A DNA stretch of 62,406 nucleotides, the filler included, from Chiloscyllium plagiosum (lineage: Eukaryota): NCBI RefSeq assembly GCF_004010195.1. It is 4 parts of one record of this genome, joined end to end, with 100 filler letters (N's around TTAATTAATTAA, not from the genome) between each part and the next. Parts side by side here need not be neighbours in the genome. Positions count along the whole stretch, not along the records: positions 1 to 17,652 come from NC_057712.1; positions 17,753 to 44,767 come from NC_057712.1; 2 more parts are not named here. One strand, written 5' to 3'. The position numbers and the translations under genes were made by a program. Shown here piece after piece: positions 13,221 through 26,127 of the stretch; positions within the stretch are counted from its first letter, which is position 1; each line of letters starts with the position of its first letter. Below the pieces are notes generated by a model. It was not told the origin of the DNA, did no database searches, and saw only the letters and a program-made list of their open reading frames with translations.

Positions 13221-14510
13221 GGGTGAGAATGATTGCCCTTGATATGAAGGCAACATTCATCTGAGTAAAGCATCGAGGAAACCTCTCAAACCTGGAGTCA
13301 GTGGGAATCAAAGGGTACATTCTCCCCTGATTAGAGTCATACCTAGAAAAGAGGTCAGTCACCTCATCTCAGGGGCTCCTCTTCAGGAATTCCTTAATAT
13401 CCTAGGAACCTTGAGAACATCCATGTTGTGCTGGCAATTGCCTCAGACAAGTGCCAGGCAATGACCACCTTCAACAAGGTTGAATCTGACCATCGCAGAT
13501 TGAAGTTCAGTGTCATTTCCATCGCTAAAATTTGTGCTGTCAACATCCTAGGGATTACCATTGATCAGAAACAGAACTGGACTAGCCATATAAATATTGT
13601 GATTACAAGAGCAGGTCAGAGACTGGGAATTCAGCAACAAGTAACTCGCCTCATGTTTCTCTATTGCATGTTGCCCACTACAAGGCTCAAATTAGGAGTG
13701 TGATGTAATAAACTGTGCATGCCATGTATGGATGCAACTCCAGCAACAGTCAAGAAACTTCACACCAACCAGGATTAAGCAGCTTGTTTGAATTGGCACT
13801 CCATCCACCGCCTTCAAAATTCACATGAATTACCCTGGAATATTGATGCACAGTGACAGCAAGTGCATCATCTGAAAGATGTACTGCAGTAACTCACCAA
13901 AGCTCCTTTGACAGCACTTTCCAAACCTTCATGCTGTAACACCTAGAATGACAAGTATAGTGGATACATGGAAACACAACCATCTGCAAGCTTCCCTCTG
14001 ACTCCCCCATCATCCTGACTTGGAAATATATCACTGTTCCTTGCTGTTACTGGGCTAAAATCCTAGAATTCCCCTCCTGACAGCACTGTGGGTGTTCCTA
14101 CACCCTCATGACTTCAGTAGTTCAAGAAGGCAGCTCGCCAAAACTTTCTCCAGATTTATTAGTGATAGGCAATAATGGTTGGACTAGCCAGTGGTGCCCA
14201 TATTCTCTCGAAAGAATAAGAAGCAAAATATTTTAAAGAACGCCGGAAAATAAATACGTTCACAATTTTTGTTCTGCTTCACCCTCAGTTCTCAAGATGG
14301 AAAGAGACTGTTGTGAATTATCTATTAATTCAAGGATCTTTCTCTGTTATGTAGTCAACTTTTGCTCTTAATCCTTGAGTTCCTAAAGGATGTGAGTGCT
14401 TACACGATGGGTTTAACAATTATTCAAGAAATAGATTTGTTAAAGTTGTCATTTATTTTATGATGTAATATATTTATTCGTTCACACTTTATTTTCTGCT
14501 CATTTTAAAG

Positions 14511-14624
14511 CTCACGTGATAGCTAAAGCACAAGGACTTGCAATCATCTCGGTGATTAAAGCTGGATTTTTAGTAACTGCTCGTGGAGGCAGTGGAATTG
14601 TATTGAGTCGCCTGCCAGATGGAA
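14511..14624 (+). CDS. SH3YL1: SH3YL1 internal coding exon (SYLF/Ysc84 domain), phase 1-1, 114 nt
   Basis: Pyrimidine-rich acceptor ...ttttctgctcattttaaag| and donor |gtaaga. Translates (A)HVIAKAQGLAIISVIKAGFLVTARGGSGIVLSRLPDG, matching vertebrate SH3YL1 AHVIAKAKGLAILSVIKAGFLVTARGGSGIVVARLPDG as I recall it (human exon 3). Confidence 0.95.
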
Positions 14625-14857
14625 GTAAGAAAAAGATAATGCTTTTTATTTTAAAATACATATGATTTTGTTCATCTTTTAATAAGAAAAATGACTGCAA
14701 CATCCACTGATAAAGTACGGCTGTGTTTTTAAACACATAATAAAATTTAATACTGTTGTCATAATGCCAGGCCTAGAAATAATATCCAAAGTTTGTGAGA
14801 AGATTTGTAGCTCGGGTGCTCGTTGTGGTTCTGTTCGCCGAGCTGGGAATTTGTGTT

Positions 14858-14897
14858 GCAGACGTTTCGTCCCCTGTCTAGGTGACATCCTCAGTGC
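14858..14897 (-). ncRNA. Minimal type-I hammerhead-like motif (PLE family C)
   Basis: gca-CUGAGGA-U-GUCACCU(AGAC)AGGGGAC-GAAACGUC-ugc, with 3-bp stem I GCA/UGC. Confidence 0.65.
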
Positions 14898-15030
14898 TTG
14901 GGAGCCTACTGTGAAGCGCTTCTGTGATCTTTCCTCCGGCATTTGTAGTGGTTTGAATCTGCCACTTCCGGTTGTCAGTTCCAACTGTCCGTTGCAGTGG
15001 TCAGTATATTGGGTCCAGGTCGATGTGCTT

Positions 15031-15253
15031 NNNNNNNNNNNNNNNNNNNNNNNNNNNNNNNNNNNNNNNNNNNNNNNNNNNNNNNNNNNNNNNNNNNNNN
15101 NNNNNNNNNNNNNNNNNNNNNNNNNNNNNNNNNNNNNNNNNNNNNNNNNNNNNNNNNNNNNNNNNNNNNNNNNNNNNNNNNNNNNNNNNNNNNNNNNNNN
15201 NNNNNNNNNNNNNNNNNNNNNNNNNNNNNNNNNNNNNNNNNNNNNNNNNNNNN
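15031..15253. other. Assembly gap (223 N)
   Basis: Run of N. Confidence 1.
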
Positions 15254-15939
15254 CTGCATCCATGAACACCAACTCGCCACGAAACGACACGACCAGCTAT
15301 CCTTAGTAGCCACACATGCAGATGACAAGCAACATGAATTCGACTGGGACAACACTATTATTATAGGACAAGCCAAACAGAGAACAGCCAGGGAATTCCT
15401 AGAGGCATGGCACTCATCCACAGATTCAATCAATAAGCACATCGACCTGGACCCAATATACCGACCACTGCAACGGACAGCTGGAACTGACAACCGGAAG
15501 TGGCAGATTCAAACCACTACAAATGCCAGAGGAAAGATCACAGAAGCGCTTCACTGAGGATGGCACCTAGACAGGGGACGAAATGTCTGCAACACAAATT
15601 CCCAGCTTGGCGAACAGAACCACAACAATAATATCCAACATATGTACTTAGTCCCACCAATCTGGTTGTCTGAGAGAATACTGCAGTTTGGAACATTATT
15701 TTATCATCACCTTCCAGTTTTGATGTTGACTCATAGTTCTAATGAGGAATGCCAAAGCAGTAGTTTAACAACCTTCTATCTCGTTGTTAAGGTTTATCTT
15801 TTGTTGAACAGCAGTATGAGTGCAGTAGCATTGCTGCTATCTGAGATCATTGTTCATAACGAATTTGGCAGTCTTTGGTGGAGTAGTCACATGTCCAATG
15901 TTGAATTGCATTATACCAGGACTCATTTTTTTCACACTT

Positions 15940-16730
15940 AGAGTCCTATAGTGATACAGCATGGAAACAGATCCTTCAGTCTAACCAGTCCAAGCCGAGC
16001 ATAATCCCAACCTAAACTAGTCCCACATTCCTGCTCCTGACCCATATTCTTCCAAACCTTTCCTATTCATGTATCTATCCCAATATCTTTTAAATATTGT
16101 AATTATTTCCATATCCACCACTCGCTCTGGAAGTTCATTCCACAGGTGAACCCACGCTGTCTTAAAAAAAAAAATCTGCCCCCATGTCTTTTTTAAATCT
16201 CTGTCCTCTCACCTTAAATTATTGCACCCTAATCTTGAAAACCCCATTCTAGGGAAAGGATAACTATCATTAACTCTACCTATCTGTCTCATTATTTTAT
16301 AAACATCTATCACGTCACCTCACAATCTCTGACACTCTAGTGGAAAAAGTCCCAGCCTATCCAGCCTTTCTTTATAACTCAAACCTTCCATACCCAGCAA
16401 CATCCTGGTAAATCTCTTCTGAACCCTCTCCAGCTTGATAATATCCTTTCTAAAACTGGGCAACCAGAACTAGGCACAGTATTCCAGAAGAGGCCTCACC
16501 AATGTCCTATACAACCTCAACATGACTTCCCAAGTCCTACACCGAGAGGACTGAGCAATGAAAGCAGGTGTATTAAATGCCTCTTTCACCATTCTGTCCG
16601 TATCTGATGCAAACGTCAAAGAATTATGGACCTTCACCCTGAGGTCCCTCTGTTCTACAGCATTACCCAAGGCCCTGCCATTAATTATGTAAGTCCTACC
16701 CTTATTTGTAATACCAAAATGAAATGCCTC
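15940..16730 (-). mobile_element. CR1 LINE 3' portion
   Basis: HFGITNKGRTYIINGRALG...LYRTLVRPLLEYCA and a CR1 3' tail. Confidence 0.85.
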
Positions 16731-16754
16731 TTCTAACCTAATTTTAAAGTCCAC

Positions 16755-17652
16755 AGGTAAGCTACTCAGTGTTCTTGTTTTGGAGAGGAGGTGTAGAGTA
16801 ATGGCAGCGCAGGCAGTGGAATGTTCCTCTGGCAGGATGTTCGAGGTAGGGGTGACCACCGATACTCCTGCCGACTTCATCTGCAGGAACTGCAGTCAGA
16901 TCCTGCTCCTCACAGAACGAGTTAGGGAACTGGACCTGGAGTTAGATGAACTGAGGATTATTCGAGAGGCTGAGAGGGTGATAGATAGAAGCTACAGGGA
17001 CATAGCTACGCCAGAGAACAGAGGTAGCTGGGTAACAGTTAGAGGTGGGAAGGGGAGGAAGCAGGCAGTGCAGGGATCCCCTGTGGTCGTTCCCCTAAAC
17101 AATAAGTATACCGCTTTGGATACTGTTGTGGGGGGGCGGCCTAGCAGGGGTAAGCTGCAGTGACCGGGTCTGTGGTGCGAGGTCTGGCTCTGAGACTCCG
17201 AAGGGAAGGGGGGAGAGGAGGAGAGCGCTAGTTATAGGAGACTCTCTAGTTAGAGGGACGGACAGGCGGTTCTGTGGCGGTTCTCGGATGGTTTGTTGCC
17301 TCCCAGATGCCAGGGTCCGAGACGTCTCGGACCGTATCTCAAGAATCCTTAAGGGGGAGGGTGTGCAGCCAGAAGTTGTGGTGCACGTTGGCACCAACGA
17401 CATAGGTAGGAAGAGGGGTGCGGAGGTCATTCAAGAGCTCAGGGAGTTAGGCTGGAAGCTAAAAGCTAGGACGGACAGAGTCGTCATCTCTGGGTTGTTG
17501 CCCAGACAGTGAGGCAAGGAATAGGGAGAGAGTGCAGTTGAACACGTGGCTGCACGAATGGGGTAGGAGGGAGGGCTTCAGGTATTTGGACAATTGGACT
17601 GCATTCTGGGGAAGGTGGGACCTGTACAAGCAGGACGGGTTGCACCTGAACC
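16755..17652 (+). mobile_element. CR1 LINE 5' end: ORF1 (zinc finger/leucine zipper + SGNH esterase), frameshifted, truncated by a gap
   Basis: ATG at 16801: MAAQAVECSSGRM...FICRNC...VRELDLELDELR, then ALVIGDSLVRG...VVVHVGTNDIG...DGLHLN in shifted frames. Confidence 0.9.
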
Positions 17653-17752
17653 NNNNNNNNNNNNNNNNNNNNNNNNNNNNNNNNNNNNNNNNNNNNTTAA
17701 TTAATTAANNNNNNNNNNNNNNNNNNNNNNNNNNNNNNNNNNNNNNNNNNNN
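17653..17752. other. Artificial 100-bp scaffolding spacer (44N-TTAATTAATTAA-44N)
   Basis: Identical layout at 44768-44867 and 56870-56969. Confidence 0.95.
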
Positions 17753-17927
17753 CTCCTCTAGCTTATCTCTCCACGCTTCAGGCTCACTGTCTTTATTCCT
17801 GATGAAGGGCTTTTGCCCGAAATGTCGATTTCGAAGCTCCTTGGATGCTGCCTGAACTGCTGTGCTTTTCCAGCACCACTCTTATCCAGAATCTGGTTTC
17901 CAGCATCTGCAGTCATTGTTTTTACCT
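17753..17927 (+). mobile_element. PLE family A 3' end
   Basis: Near-identical to 62-236. The hammerhead motif at 17799-17826 has GAAATGTC. Confidence 0.8.
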
Positions 17928-20333
17928 CGAAGAAAGTTGTAGTTTGAGTAATCAGAATTATTTTTCTGATATCTGTAATCCTGTACCTGATTATGAGAAA
18001 ATAAAAACAAAAAATCTCCAGATGTTGGAGATTTTAAATTAAAAACAGAGTGCTGGAATTACATAGCAGCATCTGTAGAGAGACAAAAACACAATTAATG
18101 TTTCTGGTTGATGACCTTTTGACAAAGCTGGAAGTTAAATGGTATTTACAATGAGCTCCTGGTGATCCACACAAAAAATAGGAATAATTAGCACTCATGT
18201 TGCGTTTTTTTAAAATTGATTTATTGTGGATGGTGTTTTTGAAGATTTATGTACATTGCAAACAAGTTCTGCATATTGTACTAAAACACCTAGTGAAAAT
18301 ATTTGCTACTGGTAGCAAAATAAATACAGCATAAAAGTGATGAATGCAACACTAGATTAATTAGAAACACACTTCATATATCAGTCTTAAGCCCACAACC
18401 CAAGTCGTCATTATAAAGGCCCAGAGAGGAATCTAAAAGGGTCTGAGCAATGTGAATATAGTAAGATGTAGGGCAGAATTGGATGTGAAGTCCATTCAGG
18501 TCTGTCTTGACATTGGGAACACATCACTCCCATCATTTGTGATTTGGACAAATGGTCTGTGTTTCTTACTAGGAAGTAGTGAGTTACCAGTTAAGAAGGA
18601 TACTGTTAAAACGCCATGTGTATTGCCCAACTTATCTCATTGAATATTCAACTTTCTGTCTTACTAAATGCACTGAACCAGCTAGACATTGAGAAAGCTT
18701 GACATGGAAATCAGAAGGGTATCTGGTAACTTCATTTCTGTTTTGCTCCAGTGTAAGTCCATAGTGCCTTAGGCATTATGGCATCCTTGGGCACAGTCTG
18801 TGGCCATCTGCTGCATGCATGCCTTGTCTATGGACCATTCGAAAATACTAGATGACAATCTCTCATGACCATCATGGCAATGCTCTGATACACTTGCAGT
18901 CTGCACCAGCAACAAAGGCTGCAGCAGGGGCACTTTGCACACATAATCAGGGACCAAGCTGACTGGACCAGGCTGTGTCTTGGCTGCTCACTCATTCAGT
19001 TAGCACCTACCTGTGTGCTCACATTATCCAAGCCTTGTCTTGCTATACCAATTAGTGTAGTCATAGGACAAGGCAATTCCCCTTCCTGGTCAGCAGCTAT
19101 AAGTCAGAGGCGTACATCTTGCAGCACAGCAAATTGCAATGTCAGTAATACATAGCAAACAGGCAGCCATATCTCAAAGTCTTAGTGGAGTAGCCCTCAC
19201 TGAATGCCATCGAGGCATCTGCCAATCATGGGTGCTGGTGCAACGAGTCAGGGATCTCCTCAGGGTCTTCTCAATCAGGGAGTCCAAGCCGCTGCAGTCT
19301 GAGGAGTGGGTCACAGACAGTCCTGTGATTACTGTCCTTGGGTGAAGGCTAGTGCAGTCAGGGAGTTGTACAGCCATTATTCAAGGGTCCATGCACTTCT
19401 TGTCCAGAGCTGTCTGGTCAGATCATTCAAGACAGTGGGTCCATTGGATCTGTATACATCTATTTTCATTGTGTAAGTTGCAAATAAGTTCTCCTACATA
19501 TTGTGCTAAAAGTCCAAAAATTTATTCCATTAATGAATTTGTAGATTTAATGTTCAGGGAACAATCTGTACAGTATGAACCCCCTTGCATTCCCCTCCAC
19601 ACACATAAAACATCCATGTCCCATTGCCTTACTCTACCCTGACAGCCAATTTCACCCATCATCTTTATGTGGGGTCTACCTCAGAGTATCACCTACAACT
19701 GTCTTCTCTGTCCCTTAAACCCTGCCATTATTCCTTAATGGTGCCCCCACTGCTCTTGTATGCTCCCCCAGTGGAGGCTATGGTCATGGTCACTGCCACT
19801 AACCAACTGTCATCACCTCCCTCTGAGCCAAACACGCCTATGAGGCTCTTTGGCATATACCTCAAGCTACTCCCCTGCCTCCCCCCGCCCCAGCAACCGG
19901 CCTTATCCTCACTTCTACAACTGCCTCTGCTTTCCCCGCCATGGACTTCAACTCTCCCATCCATCCCTACAGCTTGCTTTTGAACCCTCCTGAACAATTG
20001 ATGGGTGATGACTGTATTCACTCCAGACCTCTAACTTTAACAAGCAGCTCCTAGATATAACTGACCAGAGCCCTGACTACTATTTTCGCATTTCCCAGCC
20101 TAAGGATATGGATTGTCCTGACTACTGATGGTGGCCCACCAGGACTGACTGACTGAACACTCCTGGAACTGTACTGGGACAGTTTCCTTTTACTGAGCTT
20201 CCAAAGCGAATGACTTAGTACGGCAACCCCATAGACTGTGCGGGCGGTCTGTGACTGACAATACTGAGACCCACTAACTGACAATGCCTCCTCCCCCTCA
20301 ACTTGACTGAGGACTAGACACCATCCAGTTTCT

Positions 20334-20477
20334 GACCATAAGACACAGGACAAGAAATTAGGCTCTTCAACTCGTCAAGTCTGCTCTGCCATAAATCAGG
20401 GTGACAGGTTTTCCAATCCCATTTTCCTGCTTTCCCTTCATAACCTTTGATTCCCTTGGCAATCAAGAATTTATCTA
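20334..20477 (-). mobile_element. CR1 3' tail fragment
   Basis: Reverse complement ATAGATAAATTCTTGATTGCCAAGGGAATCAAAGGTTATG...GTCTTATGGTC. Confidence 0.65.
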
Positions 20478-21343
20478 TGGCCACTTGGTTGCATAAATGT
20501 GCAGCACAAGCATGCTGTAGGTGTTAGATTGACAATTCAGTGTCTGACATTCACCAAGATATTCACCACAGAACAAATCCACATTGACAAGCAGCCTGCT
20601 TGTGTGTTTGTGCAAAAAAAGCACCTCAAATTTACAATAGTGGGAGAGTTTGGCTTTAGCTGAGGTGTCAAGGTGTTGACTGATGTGGCGTGACAAGGCA
20701 TAAATGCTGTGAAGTGAGCTCCAGGAGAGCAAGTGAACAATCCTGAGATGTAGCCCAATACAAGTGAGCTGGATGTCTGTCTGTACGCAGAAAAATATCT
20801 TTGCTCCAGCCTATGCTGGTTGCCAATGTGGCCTGAAAAGCAAATCTGTGCTTCATAAGCTGCATGTTTATTAGAGGTGTGCCATGATGGCCATGATTGG
20901 CATCTACCAGCCAAATGCCCATAGGCGAGGGATGTAAAGCACTGGTGGCCATGAATCATTCCCTGAGATGGTGTTTGGTTGTAGGCGACATTGGAGATCA
21001 TTCAGAGAAAGCAGCGATTTAATCCACCAAGTATGCACTCTGGTTTCCAAGACAAACTTTCTCAACGCATAACTTGCCTCGGGTGTTTGATAAAATAGAA
21101 AGCTGAATATTAATGAAGCAAGTTATGCTATCAGTGATGCATTTAATGAGCAACAATCCCTCTTAATTGGAATTTGCTGCTGCTGAGTGAGAAACTTACC
21201 ATGCAGCTTGTAAAAGGCATAAAAATGATGAATTGAGATGCTCCTGATGTCGAGATGAAGAGATTAACTTTTTGCTGGATTTCTTGGCTGAATCTGTCAA
21301 ATGTTTTGTCATAGCCATGTCACTTTGGCACTTATAATATTAT

Positions 21344-21557
21344 AGGAGAAAGTGAGGACTGCAGAAAGTGAGGAGATCAGAGCTGAAAATATGTTGCTGG
21401 AAAAGCGCAGCAGGTCAGGCAGCATCCAAGGAGCAGGAGAATCGACATTTCGGGCATGAGCCTTTCTTCCTGAAGAAGGGCTCATGCCCGAAACGTCGAT
21501 TCTCTTGCTCCTTGGATGCTGCCTGACCTGCTGCGCTTTTCCAGCAACACATTTTCA
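21344..21557. mobile_element. PLE family A palindromic mini-element
   Basis: Arms of about 90 bp inverted around CTTCTTCC/TGAAGAAG. TSD GCACTTATAATATTAT at 21328-21343 and 21558-21573. Intact + strand hammerhead motif at 21470-21497. Confidence 0.9.
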
Positions 21558-21934
21558 GCACTTATAATATTATGCCTATCTTGTTTTCAATAAACATCTA
21601 ATGTTCAGTACAGAAGTGAGGTAAGTCTTTTACGTTGAACTTGCCAGTCAGATTAATTGAGGACCTTGGATAATTTGTCTAAATTTTTCATACGTGATAA
21701 TTCTGGAAATAGTTAAGCTTGATTTCCAGCGCACTATCCCAGTGAGTCATGACAATGTACATACACTCACCACTTGTAACAAGTTTTTGCCTCTAACCTT
21801 GCTCACATTGATATTGGATCACACTGTGCCTGCTTTTGAGATGAGATGATCAATAAAATGTGTGGATGTAAAATGCCAAATTACAATCTGGTATTTGATA
21901 CTTGATCTATGCATTAGGGTAAAGTTACAATGAC

Positions 21935-22285
21935 TAGGAGAAAGTGAGGACTGCAGATGCTGGAAGTCAGAGTCAAAAAGTGTGGCACTGGAAGAGCATA
22001 GCAGATCAGGCAGCAGCCAAGGAGTAGGAGAGTTGGCGTTTTGAGCATAAGCCCTTCATCAGGAATGTGGTGGGGTGGGGGAAGGGAACTGATCTGAGGA
22101 GCAGGAGAATCAATGGGGAGCAGGGGGATCGGGAGGTGGTGGGGGGGAGTGGGGGGGGATGGAGGAAGCGGGTTGGTGGTGGTGGTGGGAAAGGGGGCTG
22201 ATGAAGGGCTTATACCTGAAACGTCGATTTCCCTGCTCCTCGGATGCTGCCTGACATGCTGTGCTTTTCCAGGGCCACACTTTGA
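21935..22285. mobile_element. PLE family A fold-back remnant with G-rich spacer
   Basis: Inverted arms at 21975-22065 and 22198-22283. Confidence 0.8.
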
Positions 22286-22496
22286 TGTGTCATTAGAGTG
22301 CCTGGTAATTGCCCTGAGCTCCTTTTGAAAACTGACCATTCCATTGTGTGTTAACATCAGGCCCACAAACCCATTTCAGGCACATTATTCTCAGTGCAGT
22401 AACAGCTGTTGAACAAATTATTCCAATATTTCATGCTCCATCTAAGCCTCATCCCACCCTCCTTCATCTAAACTCATGATGAAATCTGTTCCCAAT

Positions 22497-23298
22497 TGTT
22501 AGGGAGTAGACTAGCCTTCCTCAAAATATATCATGAAGATAGCCTAGACCCCAACTTTTATTTTAAAGGCAAGCATCAGCCGCTGTGTTCCAGATATCAT
22601 TCAATTGGTGCACCATTAAGATTTAATCAAAACATACAATTAAAATGCAACAAAATGAAGAATTGGTATAATTTTACACTATTTACACAGTTAACAAGAA
22701 GTGTATCATTTAACCATTATCATCAACTATTCGAAAATAGACAACATTCTTTTACACTCTCTGGCAAAACGCAATGTAGCAAAAGTTATTATTTTCATGT
22801 GCTTTCCCTCGTCAACCCAGTAGAAAGGAATGATCTGCCCCTTTTGATTTCTAAGGGGACATGTTTCTGTATAAATTTTGATCTAGCAACAGAGGGATAA
22901 CTAGCTGTCCATTCTAGCTGTTACCTATCAAAAAAAGGAGACAGTGAGGTCTGCAGATGCTGGATATCAGAATTGAGAGTGCGTTACTAGAAAAGCACAG
23001 CTGGTCCGGCAGCATCTGAGTTGCTGCCTGACCTGCTGTATTTTTCCAGCAACACACTTTCAAACCTAACAAAATAACCTACTGAAAACAAAACCAAAGT
23101 CCTCCGGGTCTGTGTGACCCTGTCTCTACCCACTCATGTATCTTTTGTCTTTCTCCTAAAAAAGAAACTCCCATAGAGAAATCCAAAGTTATTCACAAAT
23201 TGCCTATTGGGAGAAGATCCCTCAGCATTAATGTGACAAAGCCCTTCTGCAAGGGAAACAGGAAAGAACACATATCTTAAAGGCACAGTATTGTCACA
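22497..23298 (-). repeat. 3' LTR of the Gypsy element (contains a PLE A remnant at about 22937-23065)
   Basis: TGTT...CACA termini. Similar throughout to 30035-30680. Adjacent purine tract AAGGGGAGAG on the minus strand at about 23300-23309. Confidence 0.85.
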
Positions 23299-25409
23299 GC
23301 TCTCCCCTTGAAAAAAGATGAACCATCATTATGCAAAGATGGCTTCATTTTTAAAGCCTTTAGTCTCACATTGTTGGTAGTCTTCATCATACATATATAT
23401 AGCATTAAATCTAAGCATGAAAACATTCAATAATACAATTCATCTCAGTCTGTTTCTTCTGTCACCAAACACCTCCATCCTCTTTTAAATTGTGACAAAC
23501 ATTAGCAATTACATTCACTTGTCGTGCCACATGTATAATTTTTAAATTAAATGGCTGACATTTTTATCTTTAAATTTCTCTAAAACTGTCAAAGGATTAT
23601 GATCAATATACACAACTGTCTCGGATACATTTTTGGCCACATAAATGTTGAAATGTTTGGAAAGCCAACTCCAAACTCAAGGTCTATTTCTCAATAGTGG
23701 AATAAATTTTTTAATGGACATTTAATTTTCAGGTAAAACACCCAATAAGTCTTTCTATAACCTCTGTCTTCTTGCAAGAGAACATCATCAACACTCACAT
23801 CACTTGTATCGATAGCCACTTTGGACAGCTTTGCGTAATTGGGTGTTGTTAACACCAGGGCGGTGGTCAACATAGCTCTCAAGCTGTTAAATGCCTTCTT
23901 ATGCTCACCTGTCCACTGAAATTTTCTGCATTTCTTCAAAAGGTCGGTCAGCGGAGCAAACACATTGCTAAAAACTAGTCCAAAGTCCCTGTTAAAAAGC
24001 ACTGAAGCCCAGGAAATGCAGTATTTCCCTCTTTGACAATGAGATGGAAAACTCCCCAATAACCTTTGTTTTCACAATGGTATGACCTAGGAACATGATT
24101 TGGGCTTTTGTGAACTCACTCTTAGCTCGGTTTAACATTAAACCCATTTCCTGAAGTAGATTGAACAATTTCACTTGATGTTCCTTCCATGTGTGACTAA
24201 GAAACATCCAGATCATCTATGTACTCGGCACAACTGGGTAATTCAGAAACAACTTTGATTGGTTAATCTTTGAAAGGTGGCTGGTTCATTCTTCATGCCA
24301 AATGGCATGACTTTAAACTGGTACAGTCCATTCAGTATCACAAAAGCCAAAAATTGTCTTCACTCCTTCAGATAAAGGTACCTGACAGTATCCTTTGAGT
24401 AAGTCAAGCTTAGAAATATAAGTTGCTTAACCCAACTTCTCAATCCAGTCTTCCAGTCATGAAATCAGATTTTGTAACTGCATTGACTTTGCGATAGTCC
24501 ACTCACAGTCACTGGATACCATCTTGTTTTGGTACCATCACAATGAGTGAGCTCTATTTGCTGCAAATCATTTTCATTATGTCGTCTCTGAGCATGGTTT
24601 CAATTTCTTTTTGAACCTGAGCCAATTTTAAAGGGTTAAGTTTAATAAAGATTTTGTTTAATTGGAACAACATTTCCTCGATATACATCGTCCGTAATCA
24701 TGTTAGTACTTCCCACTGCATTCCCACATATGTCTCCATGTGATTGTAATAACTCTTTCAAGTGATTTTGATTTTCCTCTCGCAGGTGACTCAATAAAGT
24801 ATTATAATTTCTGAGAACCTCCTCATTGTCCAATTTAATTTGAGAAATGTAAAGTTCAGAATCACTTGGATTTGGTTCATCACTTGGAGTTGTAACAAAT
24901 AACACATTTTCCTTTTGCTTTTGTTCCTCATCAAAATGCTGTTGGAGCTTAATCACAAAGTACACTCTGAGTTTTCCTTCTATCTGGTGTTATCAAATAA
25001 TTTGCCTCGATTTGATAAGCCCCACTAAAGCATGCCTTCAAAGGTCACCTACTGGTAGTAGTACAAATATCCTGTTTCATCACATGAAGTGCTACTTTTA
25101 AAAGCGGTCTAACCAGCTCACTCACTGTGTTTAATCTCCTAAAATTTGACACTTGAATCAATGATGTAGTCTACAAGCGCTGACTTAGCATTTTTTCTTT
25201 AATTGATTTCAGTGGTTTTCTCACCTCATACCCAAAACTGATTTCAAATGGATTGAATTTAGTTGATTCATTAGGTGAATCCCTAATTTTAAAAAAATGG
25301 AATTCCTTTATCCCAATTCTCTGAATACTTTTGACTATATGCCCTCAACATGGTCTTTAAAGTCTGTTGTCATCATTCTCATGCTCTCTGTGATTCTTGA
25401 TGGTACACA

Positions 25410-25755
25410 GTTATAGAGTGATACAGCACATACAAGGACTTGACTGTCCAACATTTGGCCCTTATTCCTACAAATGCCTTTTAAATGTTGTAATTGTATT
25501 TGCCTGTATTAGTTTGTTCCATTAATGCACATTCTGTATGAAAACAAATTGCACCTCAGGTTCCTTTCAAATCTTTCCCCTCTCACCTTAAACCTGTGCC
25601 CTATAACTTTGAACTACCCAACCCGAGGGAAAAGACCTTTGCTATAAGCATTATCCATGCCCTTGAAGATTTTATAAACCTCTATAACGCCACCCCTTAA
25701 CATCCTACGCTGCAGGGGCAAAACATCCCAGCCTATCTTGCCTCTCCTTTGGATT
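25410..25755 (-). mobile_element. CR1 3' fragment inserted in the Gypsy integrase
   Basis: Typical CR1 3' end in reverse (TCTTTCCCCTCTCACCTTAAACCTGTGCCC). Confidence 0.75.
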
Positions 25756-26127
25756 TAAATTATTTTACTCCTAAGCTATCCATAATTTCCTTGAATAACT
25801 CTGATGTAAAATGTGATCCTTGATATGATTGTATTTCTGTGGGTGTTCCGTAACTAATAAATAATTTGAGTAACTCTTCTACAATCTTTTTAGCCACAAT
25901 GTTGCATAATGGAGTTGCTCCTGGGAGTCCAGTGGACACATTATGGTCAACAAATATTGATTCCAACTTTTTTGTTGTAGGGAGATGACCTACACATTCA
26001 ATTAAGACTTTTGTAAAAAAAAATTCCTCAAATGCTGAACAAGTATTAAGGTTGCTGTTTTTTCACTGCCTGAAGTTTTCCTATTACCGGATGTGTGACA
26101 TGTCTGGCAAAAGTCAATCACCTCTTT

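Larger units (their letters stand above)
10775..14225 (+). mobile_element. Near full-length decayed copy of the second LINE family, with nested CR1 and PLE insertions
   Basis: GPDNILPTVLKTCAPEPAASMAKLF and NILGITIDQKQNWTSHINIVITRAGQRLGI. The 3' tail matches 2160-2230. The 5' segment 10775-10890 is assigned with lower certainty. Confidence 0.7.
14790..15626. mobile_element. PLE family C insertion with inverted (fold-back) structure; internal gap
   Basis: GIY-YIG C-terminal ORF at 15254-15557 (+) and an inverted copy of the 3' end at 14790-15030. TSD AATAATATCCAA at 14778-14789 and 15627-15638. Confidence 0.9.

Noticed and set aside
17697..17708. TTAATTAATTAA palindrome, also at 44812-44823 and 56914-56925
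   Set aside because: Centred in identical 44N flanks three times, so it is a synthetic spacer and not biology.
18700..21300. Cluster of 60-154 aa ORFs in moderately GC-rich sequence
   Set aside because: No recognisable protein motif or clear splice structure. Probably an old unclassified repeat that I could not assign.
21344..21557. Recurrent palindromic repeats as CRISPR repeats, REP elements or terminators
   Set aside because: Eukaryotic context, dispersed rather than arrayed, no spacers or cas genes, and the sequence is the terminus of a PLE.
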